This document shows, piece after piece, positions 27,119-37,359 of a DNA stretch of 64,000 bases. Position 1 is the first letter of the stretch, and each line of letters starts with the position of its first letter. This DNA is from Minisyncoccia bacterium (GTDB lineage Bacteria > Patescibacteriota > Minisyncoccia > Phycocordibacterales > UBA918): contig JBGSSW010000016.1 of NCBI GenBank assembly GCA_041736805.1, positions 2,526 to 66,525 of the forward strand, read 5' to 3'. The notes under the pieces were generated by a model. That model ran no database searches. It was not told the origin of the DNA and worked only from the letters and a program-made list of their open reading frames with translations. Made by a program: the position numbers and the translations under genes.

Positions 27119-29594
27119 AAGATAATAATTCTCTTAAGGGCATTGTATCAGTTTTGAAAAGATAAAGACCAATTAGTCCCACCATAAAAACAATTAGTGT
27201 TAGGCCAATAATCAGCTCGGCATCGAACAGGACGACAGACTCTAGTTCCAAAAAGTAGTTACTAACTAAGAATGTAATTATCAAACTCAGTACATAAGAG
27301 AAGACAGCCGCCACTAAAGTGAGCGAGATTGTTTCGGCTAGGTATTGTTTCATCACCGTCATTCTGGTACTCCCAAGCGCTCGCATTCTCGCTCCTTCTC
27401 TTTGTCTTGATGCAAAAGATGATACCACTAGTGTTGCAATTAGCAGAGTAGCAATTAGCAGTGGAGGTAAGGTTACGACGAGAACTAAGACCAGTAAGGT
27501 ACCGACAATTCGCACCACCAATGGACCAATATTCTGGGTTTCAATAATTGTGATATTCGGCATTATATCAGCGATGAAGCTACCTAAAGCTTTCTGTTGC
27601 TCAGCTTCATAATATGAGAACGCAAAGTAAGTACCAGGAAAATCCCTTAAATCTTCTGGCGAGAAAATAAAGTAGAAGAATGGCAAACCAGAACGCGAAT
27701 CTGTACTACGCAGACTAGTCACCACCCCTTCAACCTCGAAACCCTGGACTAAAAAGACTAATTTTGAACCAAGGTTAATATCAGCCCGCTTTGCAAAACT
27801 CTCTTCGACCGAAATCTCACCTGGACGGCCATTGCTCCACTCTCCTTGAGTCACACTATCACTACTAGGCAAATCAGCATTTGAAGTAATGTTGAATTCA
27901 CGTCCCAGTTCTCTATCAACATCAGAGTTTGGAGAAGCTAACTCTTCCTGAATCAAACGATTATCAATACTGACAATCCTAGCTGAAATATTGGCAAACA
28001 TACTTAGGTCAGGAAAATTAGCCGCAATTTCATCTTTTTGTGATGGCTGAATGTCCAAAACATAAGTGGTCGGTACAGTGGAAGCTAGATCATTTTTGAG
28101 AAAACTCTCCAGAGAAATTTGTAGCAAAGCCAAAGTACTAAGCGCTGTTAAGGCTACAAAGAGTGAGGTGAATGAAACAATACCAAACAATCCATCAGCC
28201 TTCTTTTGACTAATTATACTTCTAAAAAAGAAGTTGAATTTTTGCCGGTGGCTGTAAAGAAAATTTAGGCTAAGAGAAAAAATCCCTGCCACAATAACGT
28301 AGACTAGGACAATGGCCAAAATTATTAGTAGCCCGTCCAAGAAATTGCCTAGTAGAAATGCTGCCAGTAGTACAAGTGGTAATAAAGTAAAAACTGTTAC
28401 TAGAGCAAGGGTTTTGAGCGGAAAGCCATCACCTGTGTCCACCTCACCACCAATAAGAATCTGTCTGGGGTTTAAAGATAAACTTTGTCTCAAGGCGGGA
28501 ATAAATGAAGACAAGGCAATTATTATTATCAAACCGAGACACAGAAATGAGTACAAATAAAAATCTGGCTTTGGAAGTGTAATCAAATATGTTTTCGACA
28601 CAAAATCAGTCAACCAATCAAACGCTAAAGCTCCCATACTTATTCCAATCAACCCCGATAATATGACGACATAAAATAACGCCATACCAAGTATGTACGT
28701 GAGTTTTCTTTTGGTCATGCCAAGTGCGAGTAGTACCGCCAAACTCTTCCTTTCTACCGTTACCAAATATAAAGTACTGGAATATACATTAACCGCCGCC
28801 AAGACAGCTGTGATTAAAACAGCTACAACTAAGAAGTCTGTTACTGTCTCAAGACCAAACTGCAAACCACGTCTATCTTGTCCTGCAATATCAACATCAA
28901 ATTCGCTACCAAAACTCTTTTCGGCTTCTCTTAGCCTGGTAATATCTAGACTGGATAAGTTGGTAAATTTTCCAGCATACGAATATTCGGCTCGTAATAA
29001 TTCTGGAGCTACTACAGACGCTGCAAAATCAGTGTCACTAATAATTGCCCTTGGTAAAAACCTAAATCCTCCAAATAACGAAGTTGGCTCAGAAACAACA
29101 ATACCCTTCAAAGTGAAAGTACTTTCTCCAAACGATACTTTGTCCCCAACAACCACTGCCAATTTTTGTGACCCACCTTGATCTAGGTAAATCTCACCCT
29201 CAGCAACTGGTTCAAATTTACCACTTTCTAAAATAAATTGTCCGTAGAGTGGATAAAAATTATCAACTGCCTGGACTGAAAATGAGGCTATCTCGTTAGA
29301 ACTTTGCAAGGTAGCTGTAAAAGAAATTTGTTTTGACTCTACTTCAGGAAAAACTTGAGCCTCACGCCAAAAATCTTCACTTATAATAGGAAGATTACTC
29401 TCAAGTACCACATCTCCACCCTGCAGTTCTCTCGCCTGCTCCTTAAGTAAGGCTGAGCTTGAACTAGTCAAAACCAACACCAACATCATCACTAAAGATG
29501 TGATAGCTAAAGAAAGTAGTGGTAAGACAAATTTTTTCCACTCACGTCTAACCAATCTCTGACTATATGTAAGAACTAGTTTAATTTCGTTCAT
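27102..29594 (-). CDS. ABC transporter permease, FtsX/MacB-type (YbbP-like)
   Basis: Duplicated MacB-type architecture, LQGGD, YPLYG, LDIQPSQ, REFNIT; lies between the ATPase and TesA genes. Confidence 0.88.
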   Translation of the reverse strand: MNEIKLVLTYSQRLVRREWKKFVLPLLSLAITSLVMMLVLVLTSSSSALLKEQARELQGGDVVLESNLPIISEDFWREAQVFPEVESKQISFTATLQSSNEIASFSVQAVDNFYPLYGQFILESGKFEPVAEGEIYLDQGGSQKLAVVVGDKVSFGESTFTLKGIVVSEPTSLFGGFRFLPRAIISDTDFAASVVAPELLRAEYSYAGKFTNLSSLDITRLREAEKSFGSEFDVDIAGQDRRGLQFGLETVTDFLVVAVLITAVLAAVNVYSSTLYLVTVERKSLAVLLALGMTKRKLTYILGMALFYVVILSGLIGISMGALAFDWLTDFVSKTYLITLPKPDFYLYSFLCLGLIIIIALSSFIPALRQSLSLNPRQILIGGEVDTGDGFPLKTLALVTVFTLLPLVLLAAFLLGNFLDGLLIILAIVLVYVIVAGIFSLSLNFLYSHRQKFNFFFRSIISQKKADGLFGIVSFTSLFVALTALSTLALLQISLESFLKNDLASTVPTTYVLDIQPSQKDEIAANFPDLSMFANISARIVSIDNRLIQEELASPNSDVDRELGREFNITSNADLPSSDSVTQGEWSNGRPGEISVEESFAKRADINLGSKLVFLVQGFEVEGVVTSLRSTDSRSGLPFFYFIFSPEDLRDFPGTYFAFSYYEAEQQKALGSFIADIMPNITIIETQNIGPLVVRIVGTLLVLVLVVTLPPLLIATLLIATLVVSSFASRQREGARMRALGSTRMTVMKQYLAETISLTLVAAVFSYVLSLIITFLVSNYFLELESVVLFDAELIIGLTLIVFMVGLIGLYLFKTDTMPLRELLSYETNQ

Positions 29595-30246
29595 AAACAC
29601 CCTTATCTCTTATCTCAAAAACCCGATCCATACGCTTGGCAATGCTTTCATCATGCGTGATTATGATTAGAGTTGTGTGACTGTCACTTACTGCTTCAAG
29701 TAACATCGTTAAGACCTTTTCTCCAGTCGAACGGTCAAGACTGCCGGTGGGTTCGTCAGCCAAAATAATAGCGGGTTTTTTGACCAAAGCTCTAGCAATT
29801 GCTACACGCTGCTTTTCACCACCAGATAACGTTCTAGGCATTGCTTCTTTTCTATTATTCAAACCAATATCATCTAGTAAATTGGTAATGGATTCCTGAT
29901 TAACTTTTTCTCCAGCAATATCAAGCGGCGCCATCACATTTTCAGTCACAGTAAAAGGAGATATGAGCTCAAAAGATTGAAAAATAAATCCAATTTTTTC
30001 GTTTCGAAAGCCGGCTTGCTCGGCTTCCGATAGATTGGCTAATGATTCGCCAGTAATTACAATTTCACCACTAGTTGGGGTGTCGAGTAGACCGATTAAG
30101 GACAATAAAGTTGATTTACCAGAACCTGACGGACCAACAATAGCTACTTTTTCACCTGCCCCTATATGAAGGTTGACATTCTCTAAGATTGAAATCTCTC
30201 CTTGTTTAGTGACAAAACTTTTTGATACTTGATTTAATTTGAGCAT
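29581..30246 (-). CDS. ABC transporter ATP-binding protein (YbbA/LolD-like)
   Basis: [32 protein letters not shown]. Confidence 0.95.
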   Translation of the reverse strand: MLKLNQVSKSFVTKQGEISILENVNLHIGAGEKVAIVGPSGSGKSTLLSLIGLLDTPTSGEIVITGESLANLSEAEQAGFRNEKIGFIFQSFELISPFTVTENVMAPLDIAGEKVNQESITNLLDDIGLNNRKEAMPRTLSGGEKQRVAIARALVKKPAIILADEPTGSLDRSTGEKVLTMLLEAVSDSHTTLIIITHDESIAKRMDRVFEIRDKGVYERN

Positions 30247-30301
30247 TAGTGAATTTATTGTTTAATTTTAACTTCGTTTATAATTGAAAGGATAAAAATA
30301 A

Positions 30302-31591
30302 TTAGCGATTTTGCCAAGCTTTGTCTTGGCGAACTAATAAATCTGAAGCATTCTGTGGCTCGTCCATTACTTCTTCAACAATTTTCTCTGCCCTTACTCC
30401 TTGTGAGCCCTTTACCAAAATTACATCACCAGGTTGAATATATAGCTGTAATTCCTTACCGGTTTTGCTAACATCCTCATACTGAAAAATTGCAGACTCA
30501 TCTAAGCCAAAGGCTAAGGCTGACTCTGCAATTTTTCGAGACCTTACTCCCACGGTAAACAGAGCGTCAGCTGAAGATGCCACTATCTCCCCCACCTTTT
30601 CATGTTCACGAGCCGAAAATTTGCCCAGTTCCAACATGTCTCCCAAGACTGCTATCTTACGTTTAGCATGTTTAATCTCTTTTAGTGTAGCTAAGGCTTG
30701 TTCGACAGCGGCGGGTGAAGAATTGTAAGTGTCATCAATTATAATACTGCCCTTAATCCCTTTAATTATGCGTAGTCGACCCGGAGGAGGAACATGTGTG
30801 GCTAAAGCCTCAATAGCTACTTCGACCAAAATTCCACACTGAGCAGCTACAGCAATTGCACCTGTATAAGTATAGACTAAGGGTAAACCAACTCCTCCCA
30901 TGACCCTGACCTTTGCATTTTCTTCTATATGTTGCAGAACAAAAGCCATCCCAACAGGAATGTCGTCATGGTAGATAATTTCATCAGCCCCGGCATTGTA
31001 CTGTGAATTCAAATAACGACTATAGCCAATTGCCTTTTGTCTGACGTTAACCATTTGGGCCTGAATAATTTCGTCATCGTGGTTATAGACTACAATACCT
31101 TCAGGACGTAGAGATTTAATCAGGTTCATTTTTTCTTGTACTACAGCTTCTGGTGTATCGAAAAACTCTACGTGAACTGGAATATTAGGAAAACGAGTTA
31201 AAACAACTATGTTTGGCGACAACCAGCTTGCCAACTTCTTCATATCGCCCGGTCTGTCAACGCCCGTTTCAAGAATTAAATAGGAGGGATAGTCTTTACT
31301 AAATAAAGCAACAAAGAAACCGTCTACAATATTTTTTAACCATAGGAATGGATTGTTCCAGGCGTTAGGTAATCCCAAAATAGTGAGTGGAACACCAATA
31401 TCAGAATTAAAACTTTTTTCGCTTTTTCTGGCTCGGTACTGTTTTTTTAGTATGCTGTAAATAGCATCTTTCATTGAAGTTTTTCCCACACTACCAGTGA
31501 CAGCGATAATAGTTGGTTTGTGACGCTTTAAAATAATTTTAGCTTCTTGAGTAATAATATAGACAACAGTTTTCTTTAAAAAATTTTTCAT
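30302..31591 (-). CDS. murF: UDP-N-acetylmuramoyl-tripeptide--D-Ala-D-Ala ligase
   Basis: VTGSVGKT, DDTYNSSP, LGDMLELG, VKGSQG. Confidence 0.93.
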   Translation of the reverse strand: MKNFLKKTVVYIITQEAKIILKRHKPTIIAVTGSVGKTSMKDAIYSILKKQYRARKSEKSFNSDIGVPLTILGLPNAWNNPFLWLKNIVDGFFVALFSKDYPSYLILETGVDRPGDMKKLASWLSPNIVVLTRFPNIPVHVEFFDTPEAVVQEKMNLIKSLRPEGIVVYNHDDEIIQAQMVNVRQKAIGYSRYLNSQYNAGADEIIYHDDIPVGMAFVLQHIEENAKVRVMGGVGLPLVYTYTGAIAVAAQCGILVEVAIEALATHVPPPGRLRIIKGIKGSIIIDDTYNSSPAAVEQALATLKEIKHAKRKIAVLGDMLELGKFSAREHEKVGEIVASSADALFTVGVRSRKIAESALAFGLDESAIFQYEDVSKTGKELQLYIQPGDVILVKGSQGVRAEKIVEEVMDEPQNASDLLVRQDKAWQNR

Positions 31592-31594
31592 AGT

Positions 31595-33313
31595 TTATCT
31601 ATCTGGTGGTACAGCATAATAATTAATCAAAAAATGGGCAATATCCATAAACGGTTCTGTCAAAGTCTCGGAAGCATAACGTACTCCCTTTGGCTCTACA
31701 GTATACATGAATACCAGAAATTGTGGATTAAAGGCCGGAAAATAACCAAAAAATGAGTGTAAATACTTATCCTCGTAGTACCCACCACCATTAGGGTTTG
31801 CGATTTGGGCGGTCCCTGTTTTGGCACCGATAGTATGATTTGGCATAGAAAATTTTCCCCCCGCCAAAGCATCGTCAACGACAGTTACCAGCATTCCAGA
31901 TATTTCATTACTTGTTTCTTTTGTTATGACTTGAGCACCTTTTGGATAGAGTAATTCTTTTGAGGTGCCATCATTATATTCAATTTTAGAAACTAGGTGA
32001 GGTGTGATTAAAAATCCACCATTCCCCAAAGTTGCCAATGCTCTTGTAGCAGCAATTGGTGTTAAAGCAATTCCTTGACCAAATGAAGCTGTGGCATATT
32101 CAACTTCTCTTGGTGAATGAAGATTTTCTACTAATCCATAGGCCTCATTTGGTAGATCAACTCCTGTTTCACTACCAAGTTTAAAATTTAAAAAGTAATC
32201 TCTGAATTTTTCTCTACCCATTTTACTCGCAATATAAGCCACACCAGTGTTTAGTGATTGATTTAGAATCTCCTGCATTGGTACAGTGCCACGACCACGT
32301 CCATCGAAATTTTTTATAGTAAAAGTGTTTAAAGTAATTGAACCAGCATCATAGTAGGTTGTGTTTCTGTTAATTACACCACTATCTAGGCCAGAAGCCA
32401 TAGTTAGGGCCTTGATGGTAGAACCAAATTCATACACATTCTCGACTAAGGGATTTTGAAACTGTTCAATAGTACTACTACCACGATTATTTAAATCAAA
32501 ACTCGGTACGGCGTTCATGGCATAAATTTCTCCATTTTGAGGATTAATTATAATCGCTCCGGTTAAATTACTTTTATATTTTTCATTAGTTTCGACTAGC
32601 ACTGAATCAAGCATTCGAGCCACAGTTGGTTCAATCGTACTAATAATATCTCCCTGCACTGATTTTTCTTTCCTATAAACTAGGTCTCCCAAATTGCTAA
32701 AAATTTCGGCAAAAAAATTAACAGACCTCACTTCTCTTTCTTTTAAAAGAACTTCATCATAATAACGTTCGAGCCCATACTTTCCATGTAATTCATTTTC
32801 TGACTTATCGGAATATCCAACAAAGCCAATACTTCTGGCAGACAGACTTCCTCCTGGATAATAGCGCCATTGATTTCTATAAAGTTGCACTCCGTCTAGT
32901 TTTAATTCCTTTATTTTTTTAGCTGCTTCTTCATCAACGGTTGAACTAATTTCTACATATGTTCTATTTACAAGTTCCGCTCGCTCAATACACTTTTCGC
33001 GAGCTATTTGAATATTTTCTAATAAAGCATCACAGACAATAACAGAGTTGGTTATTAGGGTAGGATTGAAAGCTAAGACATAGCCTGAACGTATTGAAGC
33101 AGCAGAAACTTTTTCTCCTTCTTTTGTAGTAAGAAAAATTGATCCTCGAGAGTACAAATCCTGAGTAGTATGTACGTACTGTTTTTCAGCTTTTTCCCGA
33201 TAGATATCTCCATCTAAAATCTGAATTTGATACACCCTGCCTATTAAAACAACTGCCAACAACAAAACTATGCCGGTAATAACACGAATCCGAAATACCA
33301 TTTGTCTTCTCAT
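31595..33313 (-). CDS. ftsI: Class B penicillin-binding protein (FtsI/PBP3)
   Basis: YEFGSTIK (SxxK), SLN, KTGTAQ; position in the mraZ-rsmH-ftsL cluster. Confidence 0.88.
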   Translation of the reverse strand: MRRQMVFRIRVITGIVLLLAVVLIGRVYQIQILDGDIYREKAEKQYVHTTQDLYSRGSIFLTTKEGEKVSAASIRSGYVLAFNPTLITNSVIVCDALLENIQIAREKCIERAELVNRTYVEISSTVDEEAAKKIKELKLDGVQLYRNQWRYYPGGSLSARSIGFVGYSDKSENELHGKYGLERYYDEVLLKEREVRSVNFFAEIFSNLGDLVYRKEKSVQGDIISTIEPTVARMLDSVLVETNEKYKSNLTGAIIINPQNGEIYAMNAVPSFDLNNRGSSTIEQFQNPLVENVYEFGSTIKALTMASGLDSGVINRNTTYYDAGSITLNTFTIKNFDGRGRGTVPMQEILNQSLNTGVAYIASKMGREKFRDYFLNFKLGSETGVDLPNEAYGLVENLHSPREVEYATASFGQGIALTPIAATRALATLGNGGFLITPHLVSKIEYNDGTSKELLYPKGAQVITKETSNEISGMLVTVVDDALAGGKFSMPNHTIGAKTGTAQIANPNGGGYYEDKYLHSFFGYFPAFNPQFLVFMYTVEPKGVRYASETLTEPFMDIAHFLINYYAVPPDR

Positions 33314-33317
33314 ATGC

Positions 33318-33629
33318 TTACTCTGTCTCCGAACGAAGTACCAGACTTTTTTCTTCCCTACTTATGAAAACCTTAGCAGAATTTTGACTAAAACCCTCTA
33401 AACTAGCTACTTTGGCACTTATTTGGTGCTTAGCTTCAATATACGAAGTTTCAAGAAAAGCTATGTCAGAACGCATTTGGCCAATTTGTTGAGTGGCCTC
33501 TTTCCGCATCACAACATGAACTACTGACAAACTTAAAAAGTACATGTAAGCAATAATACTAAATATAAAAAAACTAAAACAAAGAGTTGTTGCTATTTTG
33601 TTATTTATTTTTAAGGCTTTTACGTTCAT
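33318..33629 (-). CDS. FtsL-like cell division protein
   Basis: Single TM plus coiled coil, located between rsmH and ftsI. Confidence 0.65.
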   Translation of the reverse strand: MNVKALKINNKIATTLCFSFFIFSIIAYMYFLSLSVVHVVMRKEATQQIGQMRSDIAFLETSYIEAKHQISAKVASLEGFSQNSAKVFISREEKSLVLRSETE

Positions 33630-33643
33630 GTACAAAATAATAT

Positions 33644-34534
33644 TTAATTTATTTTCTTGATTGCTCTCAGTTTTGCGCTGCGAGATCGAGGATTTGATAG
33701 TATTTCTTCTCTTGTCGCTACGATTGGTTTTTTAGTTAAAAGTTTGAAATCTTCGGTTTCTAGATACTCTCTAAAACGCAACTTTATGATTCTGTCCTCA
33801 AGACTATGGAAACTTATAATGGCTAAGGTTCCATTTACGTTTAAGTTATCGATGGCTGAGGTGATAAATCTTTCTAGAACACCTAACTCATCATTTACAG
33901 CAATCCGCAGGGCTTGAAAAGTCTTCGTAGCCGGATTTAATCTTCCCTTTCGATAAAAGCTCGGAACCGAACTTTCGATAATTGTCGAAAGTTGTAGAGC
34001 CGTAATGATCGAAGATTTTTTTCTTGCCACTACTATAGCTTTAGCAATTTTTCGCGAGTGTCTTTCTTCACCATAAGCGTAGATGACATCAGCTATATTT
34101 TCCTCATCCCAAGAATTTACAATATCCAAGGCGGTAAATTCATATTTCGCTGGATCGCCATAAGTCATTAACAGAGGTTCATTCGCAGTAAAGGAAAACC
34201 CTTTATATCCATCTGTAAACTGATCCGTTCGCCAACCAAGGTCGGCTAGGATTGCATCTACTTTTTTAATATTCAAAGAACTCAATACTTCATTTAAGTT
34301 GCCAAAATTATCATTTACCAAATGAATTTTTTGACCATCTCTTGTTTCAAGTTTAGAATCCTTGAAAGCAATTGCATCAGCATCAATGCCGATATAAACT
34401 CCTTCTTTATTTAATTGCTCACAAATTAATTTAGCGTGACCACCAGCTCCATAAGTAGCATCGACCACGATACTATTTTTTTGGAGACCCAAGGCTGCAA
34501 CTGCTTCGTTTTGCAATACTGTGATGTGCTTCAT
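33644..34534 (-). CDS. rsmH: 16S rRNA m4C1402 methyltransferase
   Basis: VDATYGAGGH, FQALRIAVNDEL, ISFHSLEDR, NPRSRSAKLR. Confidence 0.97.
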   Translation of the reverse strand: MKHITVLQNEAVAALGLQKNSIVVDATYGAGGHAKLICEQLNKEGVYIGIDADAIAFKDSKLETRDGQKIHLVNDNFGNLNEVLSSLNIKKVDAILADLGWRTDQFTDGYKGFSFTANEPLLMTYGDPAKYEFTALDIVNSWDEENIADVIYAYGEERHSRKIAKAIVVARKKSSIITALQLSTIIESSVPSFYRKGRLNPATKTFQALRIAVNDELGVLERFITSAIDNLNVNGTLAIISFHSLEDRIIKLRFREYLETEDFKLLTKKPIVATREEILSNPRSRSAKLRAIKKIN

Positions 34535-34546
34535 GGTAGATATGAG

Positions 34547-34981
34547 TTAGAGGACGCCGATTTCTCCCAATTTTTCGGCCAAGGCATCTGCCTGTGACTC
34601 GATTTTGCGTTTGTACTCTTCCCATTTTTTCTCATCCCAAATTTCGATACGATTGTGAATGCCGGCCAGTACAACATTTGTACTTAAGGCTGCAAAATCT
34701 TTCAAAAAGTCTGGCACGAGAATACGTCCAACTGAATCTACCTCCGCTTCCACTGCTCCTGATAAGAAGAATCGATTGAAACTTCTTGTATCCGCCTGTC
34801 CGAGCGGGAGTTGACCAATTTTTTCAGTGATCTTCTCCCACTCCAGGAGCGGATATACAAAGAGACAGTTATCAAGCCCACGGGTCACAACCAGATTTTT
34901 CCCAAGTTCCTTACGCCACTTGGACGGTAAGGACAGCCGTTTCTTAGGATCCAACGTATGTTTGTATTCGCCGATTAACAT
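34547..34981 (-). CDS. mraZ: Division/cell wall cluster transcriptional repressor MraZ
   Basis: GEYKHTLDPKKR, DSVGRILVP, RIEIWD. Confidence 0.97.
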   Translation of the reverse strand: MLIGEYKHTLDPKKRLSLPSKWRKELGKNLVVTRGLDNCLFVYPLLEWEKITEKIGQLPLGQADTRSFNRFFLSGAVEAEVDSVGRILVPDFLKDFAALSTNVVLAGIHNRIEIWDEKKWEEYKRKIESQADALAEKLGEIGVL

Positions 34982-35016
34982 GACTTGATTAGTCTATACG
35001 ACTTTCGTCATATGTT

Positions 35017-35071
35017 CCACTATCTCCCACCACTCGTACATTGTATACCACTATGCCCCACTGACTACCAT
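35017..35071 (-). promoter_or_regulatory. MraZ operator (GTGG boxes with 10-bp period) flanking a -10 box
   Basis: CCAC on + (GTGG on -) at 35017, 35027, 35048 and 35058, CCAT at 35068; TACAAT on - at 35040-35045. Confidence 0.75.
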
Positions 35072-35100
35072 AGTTATACACATCTAACAAAGATGGTGTT

Positions 35101-35153
35101 ATTTAAAATAAAAAACCTTTCGCTTAAGCGAAAGGTTTTCTTTTATTTTAAAT
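35101..35153. terminator. Intrinsic terminator
   Basis: AAAACCTTTCGC-TTAA-GCGAAAGGTTTT with AT-rich extensions. Confidence 0.8.
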
Positions 35154-35202
35154 CCTAAGTTTGCTAACTGAGATAATTATAAATTTTTTGTTAATTTATA
35201 TT

Positions 35203-35718
35203 CTATGTTTTACTATTAGGGTCAGTCTTCTCGGTACCAGAAATTACATCTGTACTTCCCCACACCAAAGCGTGAGTTTCCCAAAATTTTATAGACTCTT
35301 CATCAGCTAAAGGATCCCAAGGTTCCTTTTCTGCTTTTGGTCCTATGTAAGCAGTAATGACAATCCATACATCCTCAACTTTTTTTAGAACGATAGTAAT
35401 GTCAGAAGTTGGTTTAGGGATTTTATTCTTAACAAAACGAGTTAAGCCAGAACGATTTGGTCTTTGTGCATATAATATCTCATCATCAAGTTCTGTCTCA
35501 ACACAAATACTTACGCCTATTGGTGTCTCAAACGAGACACTCTCAACAATAAATTCTCTTTCGTTTGGGTTAATTTTCTCAAGTGCAATTTCTAGATACT
35601 TATATAAATCTTGATTATCGACCAAGTGACTTATTTTCCTATCGTAGACTCTTTCCCCAGAACTAAGTACTCCTAGTTGTTTTTGCTTTGGATTATAAAA
35701 AGATTCCTTGGAGAACAT
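35203..35718 (-). CDS. Hypothetical protein
   Basis: 171-aa ORF 3 nt after lysS; YAQRPNR.G.TRFVK, ITAYIG..A..EPWD, FWETHAL. Confidence 0.75.
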   Translation of the reverse strand: MFSKESFYNPKQKQLGVLSSGERVYDRKISHLVDNQDLYKYLEIALEKINPNEREFIVESVSFETPIGVSICVETELDDEILYAQRPNRSGLTRFVKNKIPKPTSDITIVLKKVEDVWIVITAYIGPKAEKEPWDPLADEESIKFWETHALVWGSTDVISGTEKTDPNSKT

Positions 35719-35721
35719 AAA

Positions 35722-37179
35722 CTATATCTTTGGTTTCATTAGCGGAAACAACTGTGTCTCTCGCAGTGACTTATCTTCTAAGATAGCAAATAATCTTTCG
35801 CCAAAACCAAAACCACAGGCTGGTGGCATACCGTGTTCAAGCATTTCCACAAACTCATAGTCTGACATCATGGCTTCGGCATCACCTCGCTCTATTAAAG
35901 CCTGCTGCAAATCAAAGCGAGCCTGTTGCTCTAGGGGGTCATTTAATTCAGAATAACCATTTCCTACTTCTGTGCCAGCAATTATCGGCTGGAAGCGTTG
36001 TGTGGCTCCTGGCTGCCCTACTACTTCTTTAGCTAATGGCGAAACCAATTTTGGGTGATTGATTAAGAAGGCTGGACCGGCAATATTTTTGCGACAGTAT
36101 TTCCAAAGTGTGTCAGTCAGACGCTCTTTGTTGTCTCCTTCATACTTCACCCCTAGTTCATTTAATTTAGTTTTGATTTCTTCTTCTGTGGCTGATTCTA
36201 GATTGATTCCAGTTTGATTTTTTATTTCACTAGCATAATCAATTCTCTTCCATTCATCGGCTAAATTGAAAGTTTGTTCACCACGAGTGAAAGTAGTAGT
36301 GCCATAAACTTCCTGTGCAATAGAGCGGTATAGATTTTCAACCAGCTTCATGCCGTCTTCATAATTAGCAAAAGCTTGATAGAACTCGAGGTTCGTGAAT
36401 TCTTGGAGATGGTTAGGGCTAGTGCCTTCATTACGGTAAACTCGTCCAATTTCGAAAATCTTTTCAAAGCCAGCGGCCAAGAGTCTCTTCTGCCACAACT
36501 CCCCAACCGAGATGCGCAAGAAGACGTCAATATCGTAATCATTGTGATGAGTAGAAAAAGGTCTAGCTTCTGCTCCACCAGTAGTTATTTCTAAAGTTGG
36601 AGTTTCCACCTCAGTAAAACCCTGCTCTTTCATGAACGAACGAGTTGTATCCCAAAACTTTTCTTTTCGTTTAAACATTAGACGTAGTTCGTCTCGACCA
36701 AGCAAATCTAAATAACGCTTTCGAAAACGCTCTTCTTCATCTTGAAGACCATGATACTTATCCGGCAATGGTAAGAGACTTTTAGTCACCATTCGCCATT
36801 CTTTAACTAAAAGAGAATTCTCACCTCGCTGTGTTATAAAAACAGTACCAGTCACTTCAATGAAATCACCGCCGTCGACAGTGTCTTTAAATAGAGCAAA
36901 GACATCAGCCGGAATCTCATCTTCTTTGAAAACAGCTTGCATCTTACCAGTAGCATCCTGTACAACTACAAACATAATTGCCCCTTGTCCTCGCACCACC
37001 ATTACACGACCTACAATAGTGATGGTTGTTTTGTCAGTCTCAAGTTCTGCAAAGTTACTTAGAGCTTCGGAAATTTGGTGAGTTCGTACTACTTCTGATA
37101 AGTAAGGATTAATTCCTTTGTCTTTTAAGATTTGCAGTTTTTTTAGGCGCTCTGCTCGCATTTCATCTAGTCCTGACAT
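35722..37179 (-). CDS. lysS: Lysine--tRNA ligase (class II)
   Basis: OB fold, GGAEARPF, YRNEG, NGYSELNDP, GMPP..GFG. Confidence 0.97.
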   Translation of the reverse strand: MSGLDEMRAERLKKLQILKDKGINPYLSEVVRTHQISEALSNFAELETDKTTITIVGRVMVVRGQGAIMFVVVQDATGKMQAVFKEDEIPADVFALFKDTVDGGDFIEVTGTVFITQRGENSLLVKEWRMVTKSLLPLPDKYHGLQDEEERFRKRYLDLLGRDELRLMFKRKEKFWDTTRSFMKEQGFTEVETPTLEITTGGAEARPFSTHHNDYDIDVFLRISVGELWQKRLLAAGFEKIFEIGRVYRNEGTSPNHLQEFTNLEFYQAFANYEDGMKLVENLYRSIAQEVYGTTTFTRGEQTFNLADEWKRIDYASEIKNQTGINLESATEEEIKTKLNELGVKYEGDNKERLTDTLWKYCRKNIAGPAFLINHPKLVSPLAKEVVGQPGATQRFQPIIAGTEVGNGYSELNDPLEQQARFDLQQALIERGDAEAMMSDYEFVEMLEHGMPPACGFGFGERLFAILEDKSLRETQLFPLMKPKI

Positions 37180-37216
37180 AATGAGGTTTATGATAGCGTG
37201 TAATAAGCGTAAACGC

Positions 37217-37247
37217 AAAAGCCCGGCGCCTTTGGCGCCGGGCTTTT
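37217..37247. terminator. Intrinsic terminator of greA
   Basis: AAAAGCCCGGCGCC-TTT-GGCGCCGGGCTTTT. Confidence 0.88.
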
Positions 37248-37251
37248 TAAA

Positions 37252-37359
37252 ACCAAATCAAAACCGCCATATACGAGGCGCGGAGGAGCGAACACAGGAG
37301 GTGTACATTGACTGTGTGAGCGACGAACGCAACAATGTAGATGGCGGTTTTGACTTAGT
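37252..37359. repeat. 108-bp MITE-like element with 23-bp terminal inverted repeats
   Basis: ACCAAATCAAAACCGCCATATAC (37252-37274) versus GTAGATGGCGGTTTTGACTTAGT (37337-37359), 20/23 complementary; internal ACACAG/CTGTGT stem. Confidence 0.65.
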
